Shown: positions 21,501-29,616 of the stretch, in pieces | How positions within the stretch are numbered: position 1 is the first letter of the stretch | Layout: each line of letters opens with the position of its first letter | Virus record (IMG/VR): IMGVR_UViG_3300044723_003027 | Coordinates: 1 to 32,362 of that record | Origin: a virus | Taxonomy: Duplodnaviria > Caudoviricetes | DNA: 32,362 nt | Direction: 5' to 3' (one strand) | Translations under genes and position numbers: made by a program | The notes under the pieces: generated by a model | Seen by the model: the letters and a program-made list of their open reading frames with translations, nothing else | Database searches by the model: none | What the model was told of the DNA's origin: nothing

Positions 21501-22318
21501 CTTGGGCAGATCAGTCTGGTAAAATTAAAATCGGTGTTGTCGAATCAATTAGTCCTACGCCAACATCTGGTAAATACAATATACAACTGAACAATCTTGG
21601 AATTGTTACGACAGAAACGACAACTGTTTACTTTATTCCAGAAGAATCTGGTGCACAATCATTCGATTTACCATGGCAAGATGTTGAACTAACTACTCTC
21701 AAAACAACTTTCACAGTTGATGTTTTGGATCCGAACGAACTATCCGGTACTAGAGATTATACGTTTGCAGTTTATGAAAACGTTACTGATGCCGGATCCG
21801 CTTCAACAGCAACAGAAACAATAACTGTCCAACATTCAATTGTAGATTTAGGGGAATCACCTTATGTTATAATTTCTCCAGATGTTGACGTTTTTAATAC
21901 AGCGCCATCAGCTTCTATTACTATAGGAAATAATGGTCGAATAAGTTGGAGCGGTGAGGTTGCATCTCGAAACAGCATCCCTTGGCCGTTTGGAACATCA
22001 TATCCATGGATAGACAATTTGGTTCACAACACTTCTGACTATGCAGTTAGGTATTTAGATGAGGGTGGTCAACAACAACAATTCCAAACAAGTGATTTAA
22101 GTTTATTTTCAGATGACACTTCTTTGGCAGATACACCAACAGGGACATCTATAAATGGGTACTATACATTAAGCAGTTCTAGAACTTGGAGCGTAACAGA
22201 CACAAGTTCAAACGGCGTTGAAGTTCAAGCTCGAGGAGTACTACAAATTGCAGATGTTGCTACATATACAGTACTTGCAGAAGTTAGACTTATATTAACA
22301 GCAAACTATGAAAGATAA
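18584..22318 (+). CDS. Baseplate wedge-like protein (gp7-like N-terminal domain) with ~7 Ig/Calx-beta-like repeats (1244 aa)
   Basis: N-terminal LPEHFATYYPKFISLLKRYYEF, FRSKGT..IEWFFRSFYGE, YQTF...W...HPAG resemble wedge proteins of T4-like phages. These are followed by Thr/Val/Asp-rich repeats (V/I)xEGxTxxFT...YW...DF...D...E.F...TITxND. Confidence 0.7.
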   Translation: MHNRTVDKKRRNINLREMQVENVLPEHFATYYPKFISLLKRYYEFQDQNNSTELLNHLFATRDVNETDITLLNYIEDELLLGETYFEGFGDKENNPEELRAAANFSSIMFRSKGTKFAIEWFFRSFYGEDVEVLYPKENIFKVGEVDSQIGSDSLKYITDDKLYQTFALLVRTGISITKWKDVFKLFAHPAGMYLSGEVIISDVVSSPVTLTNDSIITYENIAYNFSATTTVSEGVQYSFTVNTTDTRTYNTYDAVYWYGVHGTTEDADFGVNFKNGDTGLPSLETAQYVEIENGVGSFTINTVIDPIDNPPESQEQFTVVVIDRSGRTIATIPCNLNDVVPNWTVNTTPSIIAPEGTTFVFTIGGTNLPYGGETTLRWYLDGSSQATDADFEGTIPTTSGEAEEIIITGGTGSFSIKSLVDGSADSGDETAVFNIINENNVVVASETITLQDVIPSIVVTVDDVVEGTSIQANVVIGTYAEGDTLSWTITGDASSDSRVSNNSGTATYAHNSGSGITITVPTSALSTFQGITAGNFEVVDDSMISSPTGTDPFNIVDEDPVYTLSASPAGAGSNDTVTFTIGGTNIDPAQDYYFYVTLGDGNATDFVDSPLPESGTRRLISAPGTSTTLTYATLPADRFYEALISETINGAPVADIYMEALLTTTSVTPSATNINEGDTITFTISNAPDGDCKYWFTGDVSANDFTSITTNLGNTGGFADINSPANVTVTGGAATITAVLNNDIVREGVETFTLVVGSPAVTPTFQTSAIAETTTITVNDTSAATYSVANYTDDVSEVVATSVNEGDNLYIGVTISNQQPVENLFIELTGPGAAYYTNSTEVDTSVPGGTSYAVIGALADNSVLDGPRDVNIGVYVNGYSGSGGTLVASTTVTLNDNSVTTSLTAVNPTPDPIENGSTITFDVDVTNMVLPNTVEIRLADFETVQCDLTVGNSIISAYEDPISAGIEIGQAAWADQSGKIKIGVVESISPTPTSGKYNIQLNNLGIVTTETTTVYFIPEESGAQSFDLPWQDVELTTLKTTFTVDVLDPNELSGTRDYTFAVYENVTDAGSASTATETITVQHSIVDLGESPYVIISPDVDVFNTAPSASITIGNNGRISWSGEVASRNSIPWPFGTSYPWIDNLVHNTSDYAVRYLDEGGQQQQFQTSDLSLFSDDTSLADTPTGTSINGYYTLSSSRTWSVTDTSSNGVEVQARGVLQIADVATYTVLAEVRLILTANYER

Positions 22319-22323
22319 AAATT

Positions 22324-22677
22324 ATGAACGATAAAGACCCGATAAAATATGATTATGATTATTCTCGAGCTACCTATTATGAACTAATTGAAAAAGGTAA
22401 AGAGTCTCTTGATCTCATGATTGAAGTTGCACGAGAATCAGAACATCCTCGTGCGTTTGAAGTTTTATCAGGCCTGATAAAAAATCTTTCCGACACAAAC
22501 GACAAACTTATGGATCTTAATAAGAAACATAAAGATATTAATATGCCCGATAAAAACGAAGCGAAACAAATTACAAATAATAATGTGTTCTTAGGGAGTA
22601 CAACAGACCTACAACGACTATTACGTAATGAAGAAAAGGTGATTGCAGATGACTCAAGCCATACGAATGTCAAATGA
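22324..22677 (+). CDS. gp16: Terminase small subunit, T4 gp16-like
   Basis: DYDYSRATYYELIEKG, ARESEHPRAFEV, NNNVFLGSTTDLQRLL; overlaps the start of the large subunit. Confidence 0.94.
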   Translation: MNDKDPIKYDYDYSRATYYELIEKGKESLDLMIEVARESEHPRAFEVLSGLIKNLSDTNDKLMDLNKKHKDINMPDKNEAKQITNNNVFLGSTTDLQRLLRNEEKVIADDSSHTNVK

Positions 22678-24268
22678 TACTTATCAATACAATCATCTAG
22701 TAAAGAAAGACGGTGTTGTTCAAGAATGGACACAAGAAGAGGTTATTGAGTATGCAAAGTGTATGGGAAATCCCGCATATTTTGCGGAAACATATGTTAA
22801 AATTATTTCATTGGATAGGGGTCTTGTTCCTTTTTCTCTTTACCCCTATCAAGAAAAAATGTTCAAACATTTTAACGATAATCGTTTTAACATTGTACTT
22901 GCTTGTCGACAATCTGGCAAATCAATTTCATCAGTCGCCTATCTTCTCTGGTATGCAATTTTCAATCCCGAAAAAACCATTGCTGTACTGGCTAACAAAG
23001 GTTCCACTTCGCGAGAAATGCTTGGACGTATTACACTTATGCTCGAGAATTTGCCTTTCTTTTTACAGCCTGGTTGCAAAACTCTTAATAAGGGTTCTAT
23101 CGATTTTTCTAATAACTCTAGGATTGTTGCTGCTTCCACTAGCGGCTCTTCTATTCGGGGTATGTCTGTTAATTTGCTCTATCTCGATGAGTTTGCTTTT
23201 GTCGAGCGAGCAGCTGAGTTTTACACTTCCACCTATCCTGTTGTCTCTGCCGGTAAAGATACAAAGGTTATTATCACATCTACGGCAAACGGTATCGGAA
23301 ATATATTCCACAAAATATGGGAAGGTGCGAACCAAGGAGTAAACGAATTTATCCCATTCCGTGTGGATTGGTGGGATGTGCCCGGAAGAGATGAAGAGTG
23401 GAAGTTGCAAACTATTAATAACACTTCACTTTTACAGTTCGATCAAGAATTTGGGAACACTTTTTTTGGTACTGGCGATACTTTAATAAACGCCAATACT
23501 CTTATGGAATTGCGAGCCAAAAATCCTATCACACATTTAGAGGGTGGTGATCTTCTTGTGTATGAAGAAACACAACCCGAGCACGATTACATCATGTGTG
23601 TTGATGTAAGTAAGGGAAGAGGACAGGACTATTCTACATTTAATATCATCGACATTAGCTCGAGACCTTTTAAACAGGTGGCTGTGTATCGCTGTAACAC
23701 TATCTCGCCCCTGCTCTTTCCTAATATTATCTATAAGTATGCGAAAGTCTACAATGAAGCTTACGTTGTAGTAGAATCTAATGATCAGGGTACAGTAGTT
23801 TGTAATGGATTATATTTAGATTTTGAGTATGAAAACATGCATGTGGAGTCTGTAACAAAAAACAAATTAGGAATTGAAATGAACAGAAAAACCAAACGTC
23901 TTGGTTGTTCAGGTATCAAAGATTTGTTAGAAGAACATAAATTAGAAATTGTAGATGAAAATACTATTTTAGAAATATCTACATTTATTGCAAAGGGTCA
24001 GTCTTATGAGGCTAGTGATGGCAATCATGATGACTTAATGATGAATCTTGTGATGTTTGGATTTTTCTCTACAGGAACATATTTTTCAGACTTAACGGAT
24101 ATTAACATGAAAGATATGTTGTTCAATCAAAGAATGCAGCAGATCGAAAATGACCTTGTTCCTTTTGGTTTTCATGACGATGGTACTGATATAATCGAAG
24201 AAATTGAAGCTGAAGAAAAAATGAAACATCATGGATGGCAAATACCATTCGAACCAGATGTATGGTAG
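22649..24268 (+). CDS. gp17: Terminase large subunit, T4 gp17-like
   Basis: Walker A RQSGKS, Walker B LLYLDEFAF, ITSTANG, FDQEF, nuclease motifs VDVSKGRGQDYS and HDDL. I prefer ATG 22649 to TTG 22643 because SD-like AAGGTGA lies at 22636-22642; ATG 22667 is an alternative. Confidence 0.97.
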   Translation: MTQAIRMSNDTYQYNHLVKKDGVVQEWTQEEVIEYAKCMGNPAYFAETYVKIISLDRGLVPFSLYPYQEKMFKHFNDNRFNIVLACRQSGKSISSVAYLLWYAIFNPEKTIAVLANKGSTSREMLGRITLMLENLPFFLQPGCKTLNKGSIDFSNNSRIVAASTSGSSIRGMSVNLLYLDEFAFVERAAEFYTSTYPVVSAGKDTKVIITSTANGIGNIFHKIWEGANQGVNEFIPFRVDWWDVPGRDEEWKLQTINNTSLLQFDQEFGNTFFGTGDTLINANTLMELRAKNPITHLEGGDLLVYEETQPEHDYIMCVDVSKGRGQDYSTFNIIDISSRPFKQVAVYRCNTISPLLFPNIIYKYAKVYNEAYVVVESNDQGTVVCNGLYLDFEYENMHVESVTKNKLGIEMNRKTKRLGCSGIKDLLEEHKLEIVDENTILEISTFIAKGQSYEASDGNHDDLMMNLVMFGFFSTGTYFSDLTDINMKDMLFNQRMQQIENDLVPFGFHDDGTDIIEEIEAEEKMKHHGWQIPFEPDVW

Positions 24269-24300
24269 TGTCTAATTAAATATGTTAGAATTTCATAGTA

Positions 24301-24308
24301 TATAAATA
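24301..24308 (+). promoter_or_regulatory. T4-type late promoter upstream of gp18
   Basis: Exact TATAAATA in the 103-nt gap; SD AGGA at 24361-24364; ATG 24372. Confidence 0.85.
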
Positions 24309-24371
24309 AATACATTGAGTTTAATCCGTATTATGTAATCTTATTTATGTTAACGAAAAAAGGACACGATT

Positions 24372-26120
24372 ATGGCATTTTCACCATCAGAGTCTCCAGC
24401 AGTCACAGTCAGAGAAGTTGATCTATCAGGTATTGTGCCTGCTGTTACTTCATCTACTGGTGCAATTGTTGGGGATTTTAACTGGGGACCAACCAATCAA
24501 CCAACTCTTGTGGGAACTGAAGCAGAATTGGTTAGTAGATTTGGTTCTCCATCACTTGTAGTTGACAGTGACAACACAGATTTCTTGTCAGCTACAGCAT
24601 TCTTAAAATATTCTGGATCATTGTATGTTACTAGAGGATTAGATGCTACAGCTAAAAACGCTGTCGACTCTGATACTCCATCTGCAGTGCCAGTTGTTGA
24701 AAATTTAGCTGACTGGGACACTAAGAAATCTAGTTTTGTCAATGATATCAATAGAATTATTGCAAAGTATCCAGGCAAGGCCGGTAACTCTTTAGCAGTT
24801 TCTATTTGTCCTTGGTCTACTAGTGATACAGCGTTTTCGGCTTGGACTTATGCTCCTCAGTTTGATGCTGCTCCGTCTACATCTTCATATGTAGAAACCC
24901 GAAGCGAAGATGGTGGGACTGCACACGATGAAATTCATGTTGCAATCATCGATGAAGGTGGTAAGTTTAGTGGACAACCAGGCACTGTCTTGGAAACATG
25001 GCCGTTTTTATCACTCGCTACTGACGCTAAGACTCCTGATGGATCTAGTAATTTTGTATTAGATGTGTTGAACAACAAATCTGCATATGTTTGGGCTTCA
25101 GCAATTGATGCAGGAAGACCTACGAATGTATCAGCTGCAAACTTTGCCTCAGCTACTGTAACCGACAACACTGTTAGAACACAATCATTCAACGGAGGTA
25201 ATCAAACTTCTGGTGCTTTAAGTGAAGCGGAATATTTGACAGGATTTGATCAGTATGAAGATGTCGATACTATTCAAGTAGATTTTCTTATCGCTCCAAG
25301 TATGGGGTCCAGAACATCTCAGAAAAATGTTATAGTAGATTTAGAATCTACAGCTAGGGGTCTTAGAAAAGACTGTGTAGTCGTTTCTTCGCCCGCTAAG
25401 GTTGATGTTGTAGGTATTCCCGATACAAGTACATTAACTGATGGTTTGAAATCTTTCTCTGAAACTTTACCTTCATCATCATACTTGATATTAGACAACA
25501 ACTTTATTAAAGTTTACGATAAGTATTCTGATGAATATGTTTTTATTCCTGCAGCAAGTTCAACGGCTGGATTGATGGCAGCTTCTGATACTTCAGCAGC
25601 GGCTTGGTTTTCTCCCGCTGGACAACGAAGAGGTCAGTACTTTGGAGTTTCATCTTTGGCATGGAACGCTACTAAATCGCAACGTGACACATTGTATAAA
25701 GTAGGTATTAACCCTGTAGTTAATTTGCCTGGCCAAGGAGTATTGCTCTACGGTGATAAAACTAAATTAACACGTCCTTCCGCATTTGATCGCATTAACG
25801 TCCGAAGACTATTCTTAGTTATGGAACGTGCTATTAAATCGGCGGCTCAAAACGTAATGTTTGAATTCAATGATGAATTTACTAGAGCCGAATTCGTTAA
25901 CATCGTCGAACCTTTCTTGAGAGAGATTAAGGGTAGACGCGGTATCACTGACTTCAAAGTTATTTGTGATGAAACAAATAACACCAGTCAAGTGATTGAC
26001 ACTAACCAATTTGTCGCTGACATCTATGTTAAACCAGCACGTTCTATTAACTACGTAACATTAAGTTTTGTAGCGGTTCGTACAGGTGTTGACTTTGATG
26101 AAGTGGTAGGTTTGGCTTAA
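24372..26120 (+). CDS. gp18: Contractile tail sheath protein, T4 gp18-like (582 aa)
   Basis: SPAVTVREVDLS, GDFNWGP, AKYPGKAGNSL, WFSPAGQRRG, RDTLYKVGINPV, SAFDRINVRRLF, FEFNDEFTR, IYVKPARSINY. Confidence 0.97.
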   Translation: MAFSPSESPAVTVREVDLSGIVPAVTSSTGAIVGDFNWGPTNQPTLVGTEAELVSRFGSPSLVVDSDNTDFLSATAFLKYSGSLYVTRGLDATAKNAVDSDTPSAVPVVENLADWDTKKSSFVNDINRIIAKYPGKAGNSLAVSICPWSTSDTAFSAWTYAPQFDAAPSTSSYVETRSEDGGTAHDEIHVAIIDEGGKFSGQPGTVLETWPFLSLATDAKTPDGSSNFVLDVLNNKSAYVWASAIDAGRPTNVSAANFASATVTDNTVRTQSFNGGNQTSGALSEAEYLTGFDQYEDVDTIQVDFLIAPSMGSRTSQKNVIVDLESTARGLRKDCVVVSSPAKVDVVGIPDTSTLTDGLKSFSETLPSSSYLILDNNFIKVYDKYSDEYVFIPAASSTAGLMAASDTSAAAWFSPAGQRRGQYFGVSSLAWNATKSQRDTLYKVGINPVVNLPGQGVLLYGDKTKLTRPSAFDRINVRRLFLVMERAIKSAAQNVMFEFNDEFTRAEFVNIVEPFLREIKGRRGITDFKVICDETNNTSQVIDTNQFVADIYVKPARSINYVTLSFVAVRTGVDFDEVVGLA

Positions 26121-26142
26121 AGCGCACAAGGAGAAATAAACA

Positions 26143-26670
26143 ATGGCAATTTTAGGAGTCGATGACTTTAAATCAAAACTGCGAGGTGGTGGTGCGCGAC
26201 CGAATTTATTCAAAGCGACCATTAACTTTCCTACCTATGCTGGTGGTAATGTGGAATTAACATCATTCATGTGTAGAGCCGCGCAGCTGCCTCAATCAAC
26301 GGTTGAGGCACTATCAGTACCATTCAGAGGAAGAATTCTGAACGTTGCTGGAGACAGAACTTTTGAACCTTGGACAGTGACCATTCTTAATGACACTGGG
26401 TTCGAAGTACGTGACGCTATGGAAAGATGGATGAATGGCATTAACGGTCATTCTGCCAACACTGGTATCACAAATCCTGTTGACTATCAAACAGATCTTA
26501 TTATCGATCAGTTAGATCGTGATGAGTCTGTTATTAAGCGATACAACATCCGTGGTGCATTTCCAACCAGTGTAGGGGAAATTGCACTGTCCTATGACAC
26601 TGGCGGTGAAGTTGAAACCTTTGATGTGTCTTTCACATATCAGTATTGGGAGTCAAATACCACCAGTTAG
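26143..26670 (+). CDS. gp19: Tail tube protein, T4 gp19-like
   Basis: GGGARPNLF, AAQLP, VPFRGR..VAGDRTFEPWTVTILND, FTYQYWE; SD AAGGAG upstream. Confidence 0.96.
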   Translation: MAILGVDDFKSKLRGGGARPNLFKATINFPTYAGGNVELTSFMCRAAQLPQSTVEALSVPFRGRILNVAGDRTFEPWTVTILNDTGFEVRDAMERWMNGINGHSANTGITNPVDYQTDLIIDQLDRDESVIKRYNIRGAFPTSVGEIALSYDTGGEVETFDVSFTYQYWESNTTS

Positions 26671-26676
26671 TAGTGG

Positions 26677-26684
26677 TCTAAATA
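26677..26684 (+). promoter_or_regulatory. Possible late promoter variant upstream of gp20
   Basis: TCTAAATA (TAAATA core kept) in the gp19-gp20 gap. Confidence 0.5.
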
Positions 26685-26719
26685 ACAGGGTGTCTAAGGG
26701 CACCCTTGTTATTATTATT
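26681..26719 (+). terminator. Stem-loop, probable intrinsic terminator after gp18-gp19
   Basis: AGGGTGTC-TAAG-GGCACCCT (one G:U pair), extendable by AATAAC/GTTATT, followed by T-rich TGTTATTATTATT. Confidence 0.65.
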
Positions 26720-26729
26720 AGGAAAATGT

Positions 26730-28457
26730 ATGGCAGACAACGATAACACATTATTCAAATTATTTGGATTTGAATTAAAAAGGAATACCAAAAAAACGGG
26801 AAGCAAAATGCTTCCGTCTATTGTTCCTCCTACGGATAACGACGCCGCTGGATACGTTAGTACTGGCGCTGGAGCATATGGTCAATATATTAATTTAGAT
26901 GGTGATCAATCTAAAGATAATGCTCAGCTCATAATGAGATACCGTGGTGTTTCTATGAACCCTGAAGTTGATATGGCAATTGATGAAATTGTCAACGAAA
27001 CTATTGTGTCATCAGAATTAACGTCTTCCGTCGATCTTAAAGTAGATGAAATCGATGCGCCTAAAAAAATTAAAGATCAGATATTAGAAGAGTTTGAAAA
27101 TGTAGTTAGTCTTCTTAAATTTAATGATATTGGCCATGATATTTTTAAATCATGGTACGTCGATGGTCGCATAGTTCATCATTTGTTAGTAAACGAATCT
27201 AATGTCAAAGCCGGTATACAGGAAATCCGTCATATCGATGCTGCTAAAATTAGAAAAGTTCGTGAAGTTAAATATAAAAAAGATCCAAAAACAGGTGTTA
27301 AAATTGTAGATACCGTAGAAGAATATTATATTTACGAAGAGAAACCTGGCAGCAATACAGTCCAAGGTGTTAAAATTTCAACAGATGCGATTAGTTATGT
27401 GACATCGGGTTTGTTAGACGAGTCAAAGAAAAAAGTTGTTTCACATTTACACAAAGCTTTAAAACCTATCAATCAGTTGCGTATGATGGAAGATTCTTTA
27501 GTCATCTATCGTCTTGCTCGGGCTCCAGAACGCCGAATTTTTTATATTGATGTCGGTAATTTACCGCGAGGTAAGGCGGATCAGTATATGAAAGATATCA
27601 TGACTAAGTACCGTAACAAATTAGTTTATGATGCTAATACTGGTCAACTTAAAGATGATCGTAAACACATGTCTATGCTTGAAGACTTTTGGTTACCAAG
27701 AAGAGAGAATGGCCGAGGCACAGAAATTAGCACTTTGCCGGGTGGAGAAAATTTAGGTCAAATTGAAGACATTATATATTTCCAAAAAAGACTGTATCGA
27801 AGTTTGAATGTACCAGTCAACAGATTGGAACAAGAAAACCAGTTTAGTTTGGGCAGATCCTCAGAAATTACTCGCGACGAAGTTAAATTTCAAAAGTTTA
27901 TTGATCGTCTTCGTAGAAGATTTGGCACCATGTTTTTGGGCATTCTTAAAAAACAGTTAATACTTAAAGGTATTATTACTGCACAAGATTGGGAAGAATG
28001 GAAAGATAATATATATGTTGATTACATCAAAGATAACCATTTTGCAGAATTAAAAGACGCTGAAATTTTACAAAATCGCATTGGATTAATGAACGAAATT
28101 ACTCAGTATGTTGGCGAATATTACAGCAAAGAATGGGTTCAAAAGAATGTCATGATGTTAGACGATGAAGAAATTGTTCAGATGAAAAAACAGATCGAAA
28201 AAGAAATGGCCGAAGGAGAAATACCTGATCCTGAAGAAGAAGAAGAAAAAGAAAAAGAAAAAATTGCAATGGCAAATCAACCTCCAGCACCTACCCCTGT
28301 AACAGTTGTAGAACCTAAATCTGAAATTGAAAGACAGAAAGAAGCTGAAAAGAAAAAAAACGATAAAGAGAAAAAAGAAACCTACATTCCTACTAATAGT
28401 GACGAATTGACAGAAGAATTGACTAGGTATATGGCGCGACTTAATGAACAAGGTTGA
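26730..28457 (+). CDS. gp20: Portal vertex protein, T4 gp20-like
   Basis: KLFGF, PEVDMAIDEIVNE, WYVDGR, LHKALKPINQLRMMEDSLVIYRLARAPERRIFYIDVGNLP, MLEDFWLPRR, LPGGENLG. Start placed at ATG 26730 (AGGA upstream); the TTG at 26706 lies in the hairpin. Confidence 0.97.
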   Translation: MADNDNTLFKLFGFELKRNTKKTGSKMLPSIVPPTDNDAAGYVSTGAGAYGQYINLDGDQSKDNAQLIMRYRGVSMNPEVDMAIDEIVNETIVSSELTSSVDLKVDEIDAPKKIKDQILEEFENVVSLLKFNDIGHDIFKSWYVDGRIVHHLLVNESNVKAGIQEIRHIDAAKIRKVREVKYKKDPKTGVKIVDTVEEYYIYEEKPGSNTVQGVKISTDAISYVTSGLLDESKKKVVSHLHKALKPINQLRMMEDSLVIYRLARAPERRIFYIDVGNLPRGKADQYMKDIMTKYRNKLVYDANTGQLKDDRKHMSMLEDFWLPRRENGRGTEISTLPGGENLGQIEDIIYFQKRLYRSLNVPVNRLEQENQFSLGRSSEITRDEVKFQKFIDRLRRRFGTMFLGILKKQLILKGIITAQDWEEWKDNIYVDYIKDNHFAELKDAEILQNRIGLMNEITQYVGEYYSKEWVQKNVMMLDDEEIVQMKKQIEKEMAEGEIPDPEEEEEKEKEKIAMANQPPAPTPVTVVEPKSEIERQKEAEKKKNDKEKKETYIPTNSDELTEELTRYMARLNEQG

Positions 28458-29547
28458 TACTATTTCTACTGCGTTTGCAGTTGTACATACGCAGAAAGAA
28501 ATAGAAAAATTAGAATCTAAAATCTTTAATGTACTTGAAGAAGTGCAACTCATAGAGGGGCCGGCCGGACGTGTTGGGAAACAGGGCCCAAAAGGAGACA
28601 AAGGTGTCAAAGGTGATAAAGGGGATAAAGGAGAACGTGGCGAACGTGGTGCCGATGGCAATGATGGAGCACCAGGACCTGTTGGCGAGAAAGGAGATAC
28701 TGGCGGCCGCGGCGAACAAGGCGAACAAGGACTTCAAGGTATTGCTGGAATTGCTGGCAAGGATGGAGAACGAGGAGAACGTGGCGAGCAAGGACCACAA
28801 GGATTAAAGGGCGATAAAGGTGATAAGGGAGATAGAGGACCCCAAGGAAATGTGGGTGCGACTGGTAAAACAGGCAAGCAAGGTAAAACAGGTGCTGTTG
28901 GAACCAAGGGTGACGTGGGCGAACCTGGAGCCAAAGGTGACAAAGGAGACAAGGGAGATACTGGACTTCGTGGCGAAAAGGGCGAACGGGGAGAGCGTGG
29001 CGAACAAGGACCACAAGGAATACAAGGTGAGGCAGGGCCCGACTACAAAGAACGATTTGAAGAAGCCTTAGAAGCGTTCAATAAGCAGTTAACAGAAAAC
29101 AAAAACACTGTTGCTGCCAATCTTGAAAAACAAATTCAACAGATTAATCGTTCTCTCAGTACACTTGGTGGCGGTGGTTCATATAAGATCGTAGATAACG
29201 CAGACGTAGACAAGTCTGCAATCAAGAGTCTAGTAGACGATGCGGTTCTTATATACGATCCAACCAAAAAGAAATTCGTTGCTCAGTCTTTTCTGAGTAT
29301 TCTTGATAGACTAAAGGCAGATTTAGAAGTGCAATACGATAAACTGGTAGATGAAGATCCTGATAATGGATTTACTTATGTGGGTGAAGCGGTGCCTGGC
29401 ACTACAAAGAGTCAACCTATTTGGAGAATTAAAAGAATATATGAGTTTGGTGCAGACGGTGACCTAGACATTCTCTGGGCAAACGGCACAGCAGACTTTG
29501 ATAAAACTTGGAATGATCGTGCAACATATACCTATTCTGCGGATTAA
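28444..29547 (+). CDS. Collagen-like triple-helix protein (367 aa), putative virion fibre
   Basis: Short helical N-terminus, 54 uninterrupted Gly-X-Y triplets, coiled-coil-like segment, STLGGGGS, and C-terminal domain YVGEAVPG...WRIKRI...WANG..FDKTWNDR. Overlaps the gp20 3' end by 14 nt. Confidence 0.9.
   Translation: MNKVDTISTAFAVVHTQKEIEKLESKIFNVLEEVQLIEGPAGRVGKQGPKGDKGVKGDKGDKGERGERGADGNDGAPGPVGEKGDTGGRGEQGEQGLQGIAGIAGKDGERGERGEQGPQGLKGDKGDKGDRGPQGNVGATGKTGKQGKTGAVGTKGDVGEPGAKGDKGDKGDTGLRGEKGERGERGEQGPQGIQGEAGPDYKERFEEALEAFNKQLTENKNTVAANLEKQIQQINRSLSTLGGGGSYKIVDNADVDKSAIKSLVDDAVLIYDPTKKKFVAQSFLSILDRLKADLEVQYDKLVDEDPDNGFTYVGEAVPGTTKSQPIWRIKRIYEFGADGDLDILWANGTADFDKTWNDRATYTYSAD
28558..29043 (+). 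repeat. (Gly-X-Y)54 collagen repeat
   Basis: Counted from GPA (28558) to GPD (29043); GGN codon every 9 nt, locally purine- and G-rich. Confidence 0.95.
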
Positions 29548-29551
29548 TTCT

Positions 29552-29559
29552 TATAAATA
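29552..29559 (+). promoter_or_regulatory. T4-type late promoter upstream of the 903-aa gene
   Basis: Exact TATAAATA; SD GGAG at 29604-29607; ATG 29617. Confidence 0.85.
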
Positions 29560-29616
29560 AACATAACCATTTGTCATGTTAAATTGAATATATTAAAAAA
29601 AACGGAGAATATTTAA

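Noticed and set aside
22713-23424. Overlapping ORFs within gp17 (209 aa + strand and several - strand)
   Set aside because: They lie entirely inside a conserved terminase gene and show no recognisable motifs.
28350-28446. Programmed frameshift fusing portal to collagen at A AAA AAC (28355-28361)
   Set aside because: The collagen ORF is in the +1 frame relative to the portal, not -1, and that frame has a TGA at 28420-28422 between the A-run and the collagen start.
22649-28457. Introns, inteins or homing endonucleases in gp17, gp18, gp19 or gp20
   Set aside because: Reading frames are continuous, lengths are ordinary, and I saw no intein or LAGLIDADG/HNH/GIY-YIG motifs.
28158-29071. Pro/Ser-rich and Phe-rich alternative ORFs over the portal tail and collagen region
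   Set aside because: Antisense or off-frame reflections of GGN-periodic and GAA/AAA-rich codons.
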